In this document: positions 1 through 8,775 of the stretch, piece after piece
Numbering within the stretch: position 1 is the first letter of the stretch
Layout of the letters: each line of letters starts with the position of its first letter
Source of the DNA: a virus
Reading direction: 5' to 3' (one strand)
IMG/VR virus record: IMGVR_UViG_3300034691_000040
Coordinates: 1 to 64,000 of that record
Length of the DNA: 64,000 bases
Notes under the pieces: generated by a model
What the model saw: the letters and a program-made list of their open reading frames with translations, nothing else
Database searches by the model: none
What the model was told of the DNA's origin: nothing
Position numbers and translations under genes: made by a program

Positions 1-5
1 CAAGC

Positions 6-299
6 ATGACATCTACCGAGTTACAAGAAGGCGCAATGATGATCACCCGGAGGCAGATTCGTGCACGAGATGTAGCATCTAGCATCTTCGATAAACCCTT
101 GGTTTCATTCAGCGCTAACTTCGACGGGGATACGCCAAACTACGCCCCAGCGGCGAAAGTGCCGAAGAACCGCACTATGCGCGTCAGACTGCGCCGAGAG
201 TTTAACAACATGTCCCTTACCAAGAAGAAGACGGTTCGTGAACTTCGCAAGAGCCTTGCAAAAGCTGCTAAATACTTAGCGGCTAAAGATCCAGAGTGA
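6..299 (+). CDS. Hypothetical basic protein
   Basis: 97-aa Lys/Arg-rich ORF followed directly by a terminator hairpin; upstream context is off-window. Confidence 0.55.
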   Translation: MTSTELQEGAMMITRRQIRARDVASSIFDKPLVSFSANFDGDTPNYAPAAKVPKNRTMRVRLRREFNNMSLTKKKTVRELRKSLAKAAKYLAAKDPE

Positions 300-305
300 C
301 ATAAC

Positions 306-350
306 GACAGAGCCCTTCGGGGCTCTGTCTAGTCATTTCTTTTTTTTTGT
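306..350 (+). terminator. Intrinsic terminator
   Basis: GACAGAGCCC-TTCG-GGGCTCTGTC 10-bp stem followed by a long T-run. Confidence 0.85.
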
Positions 351-387
351 TAGATTGGTATGAAACCCACCTAATGAGAGAGATGCC

Positions 388-819
388 ATGTCAAACACCT
401 TTAGCAATCTGGACACTCGGGAACTTGCACGTCGACTATACATGTTGCTGGATGACTTTACCAAAACAGATGAAGTGTTTGGTAAGATCGTAGCAAAGAA
501 AAGCTTTCAGACTAACTACGCATCTATCGACATCCTCTTCAAAACAGGCTTGATCTTCTTCTACGCTATCCTCGCAAGTTACGGGGATAAGTCTGCAACC
601 ATCCACGATTGGCTGTACAGTGGATACGGGATCGAAAAGGAAGATGGTTCCATCTATTACCCCACTCGCAAGGAATGCGATCAGATCTTCTTCCGTGCAT
701 TAAAGGATGAGGGGGTTGATGTCGTCAGGGCATACGCTTTCTATATCGGTGTCCGCATTGGTGGGGCGAAAGCCTACATGCAGGGACCCATGAAGTTCAT
801 CCCAACTGAAATTGATTAA
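388..819 (+). CDS. DUF1353-like phage protein
   Basis: Motifs SFQTNYASI, ATIHDWLY, RKECDQIF..AL...GV, YIGVRIGG match the remembered DUF1353 pattern. Confidence 0.7.
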   Translation: MSNTFSNLDTRELARRLYMLLDDFTKTDEVFGKIVAKKSFQTNYASIDILFKTGLIFFYAILASYGDKSATIHDWLYSGYGIEKEDGSIYYPTRKECDQIFFRALKDEGVDVVRAYAFYIGVRIGGAKAYMQGPMKFIPTEID

Positions 820-873
820 ATAGTACTTTACCCTATCCTGATATATGTTAAAAACCATCTATTCGAGGTAGCT

Positions 874-1074
874 ATGAGTCAGGTAGATAACACTCCAAAT
901 AAAAAGACCACAGGTAAGCCAACTATGACCATCGGTCAGTTGCGTCTTGACCCACCTCTCATCAAAAGCCCTCTTGGCCCTGATCACGACATCGTCATGG
1001 AAATGTGGGGTGAGAAGACCACTCGTAAGCAATATGAATTCTTCCAGCAGTGGGCTGCTGGTCTCACTCAGTAG
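874..1074 (+). CDS. Hypothetical protein
   Basis: 66-aa ORF with GAGG RBS, followed by a hairpin at 1084-1101. Confidence 0.55.
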   Translation: MSQVDNTPNKKTTGKPTMTIGQLRLDPPLIKSPLGPDHDIVMEMWGEKTTRKQYEFFQQWAAGLTQ

Positions 1075-1083
1075 AAACATGCA

Positions 1084-1108
1084 GCCTGGCTTCGGCCAGG
1101 CGTTATGC
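1084..1108 (+). terminator. Terminator-like hairpin (TATG family)
   Basis: GCCTGGC-TTCG-GCCAGGC followed by GTTATGC. Confidence 0.65.
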
Positions 1109-1371
1109 CATTGGTATTAGTTTACCAAAGCTGTTTATGAAATGAGGGGGATAAGGAGGAGCTTGCGACGACGATAGGGGGAGATAGAGGAGTAGAGATG
1201 ACGAAGGAATCTCTTCCTTATTCCTATGTAATGTAAATGAATGGTTTTTTATTCATTGGAATGGAATATGGATTGGTTAAAATGCCGGAGGTGTTTTATC
1301 TGATGTTGCTCTATTACTCTGGCTAAGAAACTATCCATTTATCTTAAAACACCTAAGAGCTAAACCCCACA

Positions 1372-1659
1372 GTGAAAAGAATCCATCTAAAACCTGATGC
1401 TAAGTCAAAAGGGTTTTACGTATTAGAACACGTAGCTACCGGTAAGGTATGCACCGGGACATGCAGTAACCTGCAAGAGAGTATCCTAGCCAGTAAGCAG
1501 CAACTGATGGTAGGTACCTTCCCTAATAAACCCTTTCAGAAAGCGTACAACAGCGACTGCGATATTAAAGCTCACTATACTGCTACAGCTACCCTTAAGG
1601 AAGCGAAAGCGCTAGAACGTGAGTACAGGCAGACTAAGTGCGATTACTTATTGCTGTAG
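1372..1659 (+). CDS. Small degenerate GIY-YIG-like protein
   Basis: GFYVLEHVATGKVCTGTCSNL aligns with GVYMLTHLPSGKFYIGSSGNI of the 4924 endonuclease; second Tyr and catalytic Arg are lost. Confidence 0.55.
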   Translation: MKRIHLKPDAKSKGFYVLEHVATGKVCTGTCSNLQESILASKQQLMVGTFPNKPFQKAYNSDCDIKAHYTATATLKEAKALEREYRQTKCDYLLL

Positions 1660-1673
1660 CGGAGATATGAAAC

Positions 1674-2084
1674 ATGGCAGTAGAAGATGGTCTTTTAAAA
1701 ACAGCATTGACTGAAGTTCGTTACGCAATCCCTGTTCAGATCTTAGAAATGGCAGGTGGTCAGTCTTTCATCGATAAGGTAGTGACTGAACGTCTTGAAG
1801 AAGTGCGTGGTCAGACGCTTAAGGTTATCCCACCCAGTTGGAGACCCAAAGTAGTTCGCTACATTGTCTATCGGTTAAAGCAAGCTATCTTTGAAGCGTG
1901 GAAAGAGTCTGAAACAGACGATGATACGCAGCGATGGAAAACACATTCCATGGATCAGGAAAGAGTCAATGAGTTTCTTGAAGAATACACGGAAGCCGAA
2001 GCATCAGCAGATGACTTGATGGATACCATTCTTAAGATCAATAGCATGCGCCGATTGGCTTCAGTAGCAGGAGTGGTCAGATGA
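1674..2084 (+). CDS. Hypothetical protein
   Basis: 136-aa ORF with GGAG RBS, operon-like spacing. Confidence 0.7.
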   Translation: MAVEDGLLKTALTEVRYAIPVQILEMAGGQSFIDKVVTERLEEVRGQTLKVIPPSWRPKVVRYIVYRLKQAIFEAWKESETDDDTQRWKTHSMDQERVNEFLEEYTEAEASADDLMDTILKINSMRRLASVAGVVR

Positions 2085-2296
2085 ATGTGTCTATCGAACA
2101 ACCTGAAAAGAGTGCGTGGAATCAGCCAGTCCTTCAGCCGTTATCAGCCCGTCCAAAATTTACAGCCCCTACGAAACAACCTGTTGTCGATTTGGGCGAT
2201 TACTCAGGTGCCGTATTTTTTGACTATACTCCAACAGAAGAAGAAAGGCAGATCGTTGAGGCCCACCTGATACAAAACACGTATCCTCGTAAATAG
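2081..2296 (+). CDS. Hypothetical protein
   Basis: 71-aa ORF overlapping the upstream stop (ATGA), ends at a bidirectional hairpin. Confidence 0.6.
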   Translation: MNVSIEQPEKSAWNQPVLQPLSARPKFTAPTKQPVVDLGDYSGAVFFDYTPTEEERQIVEAHLIQNTYPRK

Positions 2297-2300
2297 ACAG

Positions 2301-2333
2301 CATACAGCCAGCCCACAGTGGGCTGGCTGTATG
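2301..2333. terminator. Bidirectional hairpin (CATA...TATG family)
   Basis: Perfect 15-bp stem CATACAGCCAGCCCA / TGGGCTGGCTGTATG between convergent genes. Confidence 0.8.
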
Positions 2334-2337
2334 TCGT

Positions 2338-3369
2338 TTACTTGTCTTCGTCTTTCTTTTCTTCGACACCTGGACCAAAGTGTGCAAACGCCGAATGAAG
2401 CTTGAACAAGTTTTCAGCCACTTTTGTTGCAAAGATAGCTTGAGCAGAATATCGCGCGTACATCTCTTGCGCCTTCTTGCGCCCTTCTACGATCTCTCGG
2501 GTGGGTACGTCAACATGATTGAACGCACTGAGCGTCTTATAAAAGTCGTTGCCCGTGTTGACGTTCTTGGTGAACGTGTCAGCAGCAAACTTGGCATTTG
2601 CAGCAGCGTTGTAGAGGGCGTCCTCTAACTCTATAGCCACCCCTCTGGTTACCGTGTAACTACTGGTGGTCTCACCGTCCATCTTAGCGTGCCATGTGGC
2701 AAACGAAGAGTCCAGTAATTTCTGAGTTACGTCCTCACCAGTTGATGTCCTCAAAAGCCTTTTAAAATCTTCTTCATCGGATGCGTGAATAAACTTAATG
2801 AAGGCTTCATGGTCAAGCGTGCCACCGTTCACAAATTTACTTGGTACGGCGCCACATTTCACATTTTCAGCCGCTTCTTCAGCCGCCGTTTTGAATTGCT
2901 TATGCTGAATATCGGCCTTTGCTTTACGCAATGTCAGCTTTGTCATCAACTGACGGGCGCGCACCTTCAACGCTTCCCAACGGTCTTTAATCCACTTGAT
3001 CAGCGCTTCAACGACAGCTTTGGTCTTTTGACCAATAGTCTCTTTGTTCCCGCTTGCAGCTTCAAAGGACGGGACGATCACGCTTGTCGGTATGTTAGCC
3101 CCGCTGATAGCCAAGACCATGCCGATATCGGCGCGATAGCTTTCCATCGAAGACTCTGTTACATCCTGGCCTTCATATTTCTTGGCCAGGGATTCCAGGG
3201 CGCTTACAACTTCAAAGCTGCGATTAATTTCATCCGCGTTGGATTCAACCAATTCCATATAGTCTTCGATTTCTTCCGAATCGGTACGCGGAGGTAGATC
3301 GAAAGATTCCGGTTTAGGGACTTCGCCCGATTCCATCGCTACGGCCAACAGTGTTTTTTCTAGGCTCAT
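2338..3369 (-). CDS. Internal head (inner-body-like) protein, proteolytically processed
   Basis: Acidic propeptide with SLE, ALE, SME, SFE motifs, then VVEALIKWIKDRWEALK helix typical of phiKZ-like internal head paralogs. Confidence 0.75.
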   Translation of the reverse strand: MSLEKTLLAVAMESGEVPKPESFDLPPRTDSEEIEDYMELVESNADEINRSFEVVSALESLAKKYEGQDVTESSMESYRADIGMVLAISGANIPTSVIVPSFEAASGNKETIGQKTKAVVEALIKWIKDRWEALKVRARQLMTKLTLRKAKADIQHKQFKTAAEEAAENVKCGAVPSKFVNGGTLDHEAFIKFIHASDEEDFKRLLRTSTGEDVTQKLLDSSFATWHAKMDGETTSSYTVTRGVAIELEDALYNAAANAKFAADTFTKNVNTGNDFYKTLSAFNHVDVPTREIVEGRKKAQEMYARYSAQAIFATKVAENLFKLHSAFAHFGPGVEEKKDEDK

Positions 3370-3419
3370 TTAACTATACCTTAGGTTGTGTAAAGCCGGC
3401 CTTTCGGCCGGCGATGGAA

Positions 3420-4856
3420 TTACTTAACGCTGCGATCCATCCAGTGCAGCAAGGCCACTGTCGTGTCAGTTACCAGACTAGACAGACCAGGTAGGCTCCA
3501 ACCAATATCGCCATCGACATGCTGGAAATACCACATTTCGTAGTACTTCATGTAGTCGTTATTGGAGAAGTCGTAGATAGCATCTGAAAAGTCACTACCG
3601 TCCTCAAAGTCCAACCAGCGAAGGTATTTGCGACTATCAACCTTTTTACCCACTCCCAGCAGTTCACGAACGATGCCAACGGCTTCCTCGATCTCTTTGG
3701 GAGTAAGTGCCTTAATTGCCGGACCGACCTTGACGGGCACTTCTTTCGAACTAACTGCCACTGGAAGCCCACGGTGGTTTTTAGGGGTGTCCTGAGCGGT
3801 ACTCACATCACCACCTAGCAGCACCAAAGGAGCCATCTTGGCGAACGGTATCTTGATGGCCTTAAAGGCAGCACAGGCTTCTTCGGTCAGTTTAGTGACT
3901 TTGTCATGATCGCCAGCTTTAATGGCAGTCATGATCAGAGCGCTATACTTCTCGTGAACAGCTTGTACTTCGCTATCCATCTTAGACATCGTGTCATACG
4001 TGGTCTGCTCGACCTGGATGTAGTGCGCAACAGCAGTTTTCAGACCTGCCATTGAATCCACAAACTTACCATTGACCGATAAAGGTTGTGCGATACCATT
4101 CGATGACACAGAGTCCGCAAAGGACTGTTTTGCCAACCAACTTTTATTGCCGAAGAATTCCGTTAGGTACGCTTGCACCTTTGCGGCATTCACAGGAAAG
4201 TATTGTTTGGGAATGGCTTCAGCATGTTCCTTCTTTCGATCTTTGGGTTTTGAGAACAGATTCTTCACGCCACTGATCAGATCAGAGAAGCTTTCGAACG
4301 ACTCACCTGGTACACGCTTGATGTTGATCGTGTAGCCGCGCAGAGTTCCGACGATATCCACAGGTTCGCACCGAAGGACGTTATCAGTGACGGTACCTTG
4401 CGTTTTGTACTCACCGTTCATGCCGTTGACCGGATTGAAGTTCTCAACCCAACCATCTTCGGCATCAGGACGAATCGTGTAGATGTAAACGTTCAGCTTT
4501 TCGATATCCGATTTGCTGACATCCTCACCTACCACTTCAATGTCCAAGCGGTGAGCTTTAGCGTCGTACTTGTAACGCTGCAGGTTCCACTTCTTCTCAA
4601 TAGCCGAACTGATACCAAGCATCATGGCATCTTGCTTCTTGTCGCAGCTATAGAGCCAAGTGTTGTCTTCCACACCGTCCCAGCGAACTAATTCACCGCT
4701 ATGCTTAAACCCAGGTTTAAGCTCATCTTGTTTATACGCGGATGAGTGATATAAATAAGTAGGCAATGGACATAGTGCATCACAGGGACTCTCAGCGTCC
4801 TCGTATCCAGCTGCCTCTAAAGATAGTTCTAAAAGCATACCAAAATCTGTGGTCAT
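3420..4856 (-). CDS. Internal head protein with N-terminal ADP-ribosyltransferase-like domain
   Basis: SLE at aa 12-14 and ESFE near aa 185 flank a domain with LYHSS / ELKPGF / WLYS / VYIY / EYKT motifs; C-terminal part begins SFSDLISGVKNLF like internal head paralogs. Confidence 0.6.
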   Translation of the reverse strand: MTTDFGMLLELSLEAAGYEDAESPCDALCPLPTYLYHSSAYKQDELKPGFKHSGELVRWDGVEDNTWLYSCDKKQDAMMLGISSAIEKKWNLQRYKYDAKAHRLDIEVVGEDVSKSDIEKLNVYIYTIRPDAEDGWVENFNPVNGMNGEYKTQGTVTDNVLRCEPVDIVGTLRGYTINIKRVPGESFESFSDLISGVKNLFSKPKDRKKEHAEAIPKQYFPVNAAKVQAYLTEFFGNKSWLAKQSFADSVSSNGIAQPLSVNGKFVDSMAGLKTAVAHYIQVEQTTYDTMSKMDSEVQAVHEKYSALIMTAIKAGDHDKVTKLTEEACAAFKAIKIPFAKMAPLVLLGGDVSTAQDTPKNHRGLPVAVSSKEVPVKVGPAIKALTPKEIEEAVGIVRELLGVGKKVDSRKYLRWLDFEDGSDFSDAIYDFSNNDYMKYYEMWYFQHVDGDIGWSLPGLSSLVTDTTVALLHWMDRSVK

Positions 4857-4867
4857 TTAAAGCCTTC

Positions 4868-4894
4868 TTAATTTAGTTACAGTCACTCATTATT
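4868..4894 (+). promoter_or_regulatory. Putative early promoter (27-nt motif, divergent copy)
   Basis: TTAATTTAGTTACAGTCACTCATTATT matches 20/27 to the copy at 26721. Confidence 0.5.
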
Positions 4895-4923
4895 ACAGTG
4901 TGACCACTATTGATGAGAGCACT

Positions 4924-5574
4924 ATGAACCAAATACCAAATTCTCCAGGGGTCTATATGTTAACCCACTTACCATCAGGTAAGTTCTATATTGGAAGCTC
5001 TGGAAATATAAAAGCTCGTATTTTAGATCACAGGCGTTTGTTAATTGCTGGGACGCATAGCAATCCAAATCTTAATGAGTGCTATACCTGCTGGGATGAT
5101 TTTAAAGTAGATTTTGAAACTTATCAAACCAGGGATAAGGCGTATGACAGAGAGGAAGAGCTGCTTAACTATTTTCACGGCCAATCGCTTTGTTGCAATA
5201 TAGGGCGTGATCCTAGAAGCGCATTTCTCGGCGGCATGCCAGATGGGACAAAACAAAGGCTCCGGCTAGCACACCTAGGGAAAACATTTGACGATAAGTT
5301 CAAAGAGAATTGCAGAATACGGATGACCGGTAACAACCCTTCGGAAGAAACCAGAAAGCGTATGTCTGCTGCTAGAACTGGTGTCAGAGTGTCGCCAGAG
5401 ACAATAGAGAAGATGAGGGAAGTAAAAGCGGGTAAAGCTATTGTTATAAATGGAGTCCGTTACCGTAGCTATGGCGAGGCCGTGCGGACACTTGGGTTAT
5501 CTGAATCAACTATCAGGCAACGGGTAGCCAACCATTCACCTATTTTTGCAAGTTGGTGCCTTGCGAATGATTAA
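4924..5574 (+). CDS. Free-standing GIY-YIG homing endonuclease (NUMOD3 repeats, C-terminal HTH)
   Basis: GVYML...FYIGSS, Arg in KARILDH, Glu in DREEELL, Asn in CCNI; SEETRKRMS-type repeats; YRSYGEAVRTLGLS HTH. Alternative GTG start at 4900. Confidence 0.9.
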   Translation: MNQIPNSPGVYMLTHLPSGKFYIGSSGNIKARILDHRRLLIAGTHSNPNLNECYTCWDDFKVDFETYQTRDKAYDREEELLNYFHGQSLCCNIGRDPRSAFLGGMPDGTKQRLRLAHLGKTFDDKFKENCRIRMTGNNPSEETRKRMSAARTGVRVSPETIEKMREVKAGKAIVINGVRYRSYGEAVRTLGLSESTIRQRVANHSPIFASWCLAND

Positions 5575-5577
5575 TAA

Positions 5578-5597
5578 AGGGCGGGTACACCCGCCCT
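5578..5597. terminator. Hairpin between convergent genes
   Basis: AGGGCGGG-TACA-CCCGCCCT with a T-run about 10 nt downstream. Confidence 0.6.
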
Positions 5598-5613
5598 ACA
5601 GAGTGCTCTTTTT

Positions 5614-7641
5614 TTAATAAAGATTCGCTGCCTGCAAATAACCCAAGCTTTTAAATGATTCGGAATCCCAAGTTGGGATGTCTCCAGATTTCGCTTCCAA
5701 CTGCATGGTATCCAAGTCGACGTTCGACACACCCAGGATCGAAGCAGTCATTTCAGCCGACCACTGCATGATGTCGTTACTGCGAGTGGAGATGTTCGGC
5801 TTATCACCGGTATCCAGCAGCACGTCCCACACATCGACTGGCGTATCCTGACCCAAACGAGCAGCACGAGCAATCGTCTGAATACGGATCGCTTCACGAA
5901 ACGGTTGGTTGATCATGATGATCGAACTGGCCGCAGTCAGAGGTACCGCTGTGGACAGAGACGGATAGGTCGCCAGCAATGGGTTTATGTCATCGTTCTC
6001 AAAGAACGACTTGACGATGGATGACAGGTTCTTGTTGGTAGCACCATATACAGCTGCCGTCTCGTAGCCTTGCTGTGTGATGAGCTTATTAGCCTTCTCC
6101 AGCACTTCAACGAAGCTTGTGAAGATCAACGTCTTTTTCTGAGCGCCATCAATCAACTTCGAAAAGTCAATGTGGTCGACCATGTCCAAGTGACACTTCG
6201 AACGCGAACCGCCCAACACGGTACCCAAGCATTCGCCGAGGATGGTCAGGTTGACGTACTTGACAACCGACTTCGCTTTACGGAAGTCATCCTTCATGGC
6301 GTTTGGCAATGCAGGGATGATCACCTTACGTTCGAAGTTGTTCGCCATCATCGACTCAGCTTTCATCGTCTTAGGATCAAAGCCTTTACTGATCAGAGCC
6401 ACAGCTGCTTTATAGGCAGCGTAATCAGTTTTGTTATAATGAGCGTGTTGCTCAAAGTACGCCAATGCGCGGTCGTAGTCGTTTTTGAACTCAGCCTTGT
6501 GCTTATCGTAGAACGCAGTGCGCTCATTGATAAACTTACGCATCTTCTCACCAATGGCTTCCAGTGTAAACTCATCACCTGTCGGCATTTTAACCAACAC
6601 GGTTTTGGTGTTCACTGGAATGTCGACAACGTCTTGTTTAGGGACGTGGTACTTCAAGTGACCGATACGGTTACGCAGGATGTCGTTGGCGCGTTTTGCA
6701 TCACGGCCGTAGATCTTACGGAAGCGTTCTTCAGCCTCATCGTTAAACAGTGGGTCGATGCACTTAAGGAAAGGAATACACTCAACACCCAGCGCTTGGA
6801 TGGGTGTGCCCGATGCCCACAGGTTGACACGCATCTGTGGCATGGAAGCCAGGTCGATGTAGATCTGAGTGCGGTCAGACGACATGCGGTTGAAGTTGTG
6901 GGATTCATCCAGACCCAGATAGGTATTTTCGAAATCACGAGGGTTGGCTTTGACGTAATCCGCCATTTGCTTCAACTGCTCGTAATGCACGATGTAGTAG
7001 TACGCGTTGCTGTGCAGGGGTTTGTCTTCAGTCGACACCCAATACGGCAGTTTCTGCAACATGATGTCAGCAGCAGTGTCTCGCCATACACGTTCCACCG
7101 AGTTCTTCGGTACGATGATGATCATCTTCTTCACGCCGAGGCAGTGTGCAAGGATCATCTGGGTAACGGTCTTACCGGTACCTGCGCCAGCATCCAACAT
7201 GTAACCACGCAGACGATAAGCCGGAACCATCCGGCCAAAGTGTCTGACGAAATCACGCTGGAAAGGCTTGAGTGGGAAAGGCACCAAGTGATCGATATCT
7301 TTCTCATCGGTAATTGATGCAACCACTCGGTCGATGTCACCTACCCAGGTTTTCTCTTTCAGCTCGTGGATCACTTTAGCCAATACACGGCGCGCTGTAC
7401 GGGTCTGCGGGTCCGCCAACAAGGTTTCGCAAACGTACTTGAAGTCCAAAGCGAAGAAGTGCAAAAAGCGCAACTTACCACTTTGGATAGCAGAGAACAT
7501 CTGGTTCCCTACTTGGTTAGAACCCCATTTCCGATAACAATCTCTGAGAAAAGTGAAAGTATCGATACCTTCCACGGTAATGTACTTTGGAGTAGAATAA
7601 ACGTCTACTACTCCCAGCGTTTTCTTAATGGAAGAAAACAT
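5614..7641 (-). CDS. Superfamily 2 (SNF2/UvsW-like) helicase
   Basis: Walker A GAGTGKT, motif II LDESH, motif III ASGT, motif VI QTIARAARLGQ. Confidence 0.9.
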   Translation of the reverse strand: MFSSIKKTLGVVDVYSTPKYITVEGIDTFTFLRDCYRKWGSNQVGNQMFSAIQSGKLRFLHFFALDFKYVCETLLADPQTRTARRVLAKVIHELKEKTWVGDIDRVVASITDEKDIDHLVPFPLKPFQRDFVRHFGRMVPAYRLRGYMLDAGAGTGKTVTQMILAHCLGVKKMIIIVPKNSVERVWRDTAADIMLQKLPYWVSTEDKPLHSNAYYYIVHYEQLKQMADYVKANPRDFENTYLGLDESHNFNRMSSDRTQIYIDLASMPQMRVNLWASGTPIQALGVECIPFLKCIDPLFNDEAEERFRKIYGRDAKRANDILRNRIGHLKYHVPKQDVVDIPVNTKTVLVKMPTGDEFTLEAIGEKMRKFINERTAFYDKHKAEFKNDYDRALAYFEQHAHYNKTDYAAYKAAVALISKGFDPKTMKAESMMANNFERKVIIPALPNAMKDDFRKAKSVVKYVNLTILGECLGTVLGGSRSKCHLDMVDHIDFSKLIDGAQKKTLIFTSFVEVLEKANKLITQQGYETAAVYGATNKNLSSIVKSFFENDDINPLLATYPSLSTAVPLTAASSIIMINQPFREAIRIQTIARAARLGQDTPVDVWDVLLDTGDKPNISTRSNDIMQWSAEMTASILGVSNVDLDTMQLEAKSGDIPTWDSESFKSLGYLQAANLY

Positions 7642-7741
7642 GTTAGCTCCTAATGCGTTATAATGAGGGGAACGTTTAAAGTCATAAAATCAATTAAATA
7701 AAATGGGGACATACATCACCCATCCGAATACAGCTAACCAT

Positions 7742-7755
7742 ATCCTGAGGAGGAT
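7742..7755 (+). promoter_or_regulatory. SD-occluding hairpin
   Basis: ATCCT-GAGG-AGGAT; overlaps the ATG at 7754. Confidence 0.7.
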
Positions 7756-8338
7756 GTCCGTGTTTGAAGAAAAAGAAAAGATTATTCAGGATTTCTCAAA
7801 ATACTGGGAAATGAATGATGAAGCACATCGGCTGAAACATTTCGGTAATGTGGAAGGATGTGCGCTTATCATCAACGATCGGGCTGACCTGCAGTTTGAT
7901 CACGTCATGATCACATACGCAGCTTTCTTCCATGATCTGTTTGCGTGGAGTCGTTATAATCACCACGAGATGAGTTCCCATTGGGTATTGACCACAGATT
8001 ACCCACTGATCTCATTTCTTCCAGCTGGTGATAAGAAAATGTTGGCAGATGCCTGCCTTCAACACAGGGCTTCTTTTAAAGGTGAGTTTAGTAGCAAGTT
8101 TTCTGAGTTAATAAACGCAGCGGATCGTGAGATACCTGGTAATGTTCCAGCCATGATTGAGCGAGCTGTTCAATATCGGATGGCCCGAGGGTTTACGCGA
8201 GAAGAATCGTTAGGTCCTGCCGTTGCTCACATTGTCGATAAATTCTCAGCTAATGGCTATGCGCGCTATCCGCAGATCTACCTGGATGTATTTGGCGATG
8301 AGTTGTTACAGCAGCGTCAGGATATTGCAAACCTGTGA
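7754..8338 (+). CDS. HD-domain phosphohydrolase
   Basis: H..H (AHRLKH), FFHDL, HHEMS, HRAS, AADRE motifs; GAGGAGG RBS. Confidence 0.85.
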   Translation: MSVFEEKEKIIQDFSKYWEMNDEAHRLKHFGNVEGCALIINDRADLQFDHVMITYAAFFHDLFAWSRYNHHEMSSHWVLTTDYPLISFLPAGDKKMLADACLQHRASFKGEFSSKFSELINAADREIPGNVPAMIERAVQYRMARGFTREESLGPAVAHIVDKFSANGYARYPQIYLDVFGDELLQQRQDIANL

Positions 8339-8344
8339 AACAAT

Positions 8345-8373
8345 GACGGTCACCTTCGGGTGACCGTCTATGC
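8345..8373. terminator. Bidirectional hairpin (TATG family)
   Basis: GACGGTCACC-TTCG-GGTGACCGTC-TATGC between convergent genes. Confidence 0.8.
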
Positions 8374-8380
8374 TGCTTCT

Positions 8381-8746
8381 TTATTTGTCATCTTCAGGAA
8401 TATCGACCATGCTGATCGTTTTGTTCTTATGGTCGTGAGAACAATCGCCCAGATAGATGAGGTTACCTTCACGGATGAAGAAGTGGCAGGTAAAAGGCCG
8501 TGGTGTGATAACCCCGCCTGCCATCAGGATATCGCGTTCCTCGTCCGTGATACGTCCAACGCCACTAAGTAACAGGCTAGGTGAGAAGGTCGGTTCCGTT
8601 ACACTGCCGTTCCAACCCCAGAAGGCTTGCTTATTCTTTTCATGTTCCAAGTACACGTTGTGCATCATCCTGCAGCCGGGGCAGAAGAAGCTCAATGTGT
8701 ACTCGTTTACCTGCTGCAAGATCGGCGAAAGCTGTCTGATTTCCAT
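8381..8746 (-). CDS. DUF6527-like Cys/His-rich protein
   Basis: FFCPGC..MH, WGWNGSVTEPTFSPSLL, CHFFIREG...YLGDCSH; start moved to the ATG at 8746 (GGGGA RBS). Confidence 0.7.
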   Translation of the reverse strand: MEIRQLSPILQQVNEYTLSFFCPGCRMMHNVYLEHEKNKQAFWGWNGSVTEPTFSPSLLLSGVGRITDEERDILMAGGVITPRPFTCHFFIREGNLIYLGDCSHDHKNKTISMVDIPEDDK

Positions 8747-8775
8747 TTGATATGTCCCCACCGGAGCTAAGTGAA

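Noticed and set aside
6070-7317. 415-aa antisense ORF over the helicase, and similar antisense ORFs (30403, 50779, 56310, 54800)
   Set aside because: Fully nested opposite well-supported genes; composition typical of reverse-frame shadows.
7664-7700. Sixth copy of the 27-nt promoter motif upstream of the HD gene (AACGTTTAAAGTCATAAAATCA)
   Set aside because: Spacing between AAC, AGTCA and ATCA differs from the other copies; too weak to count.
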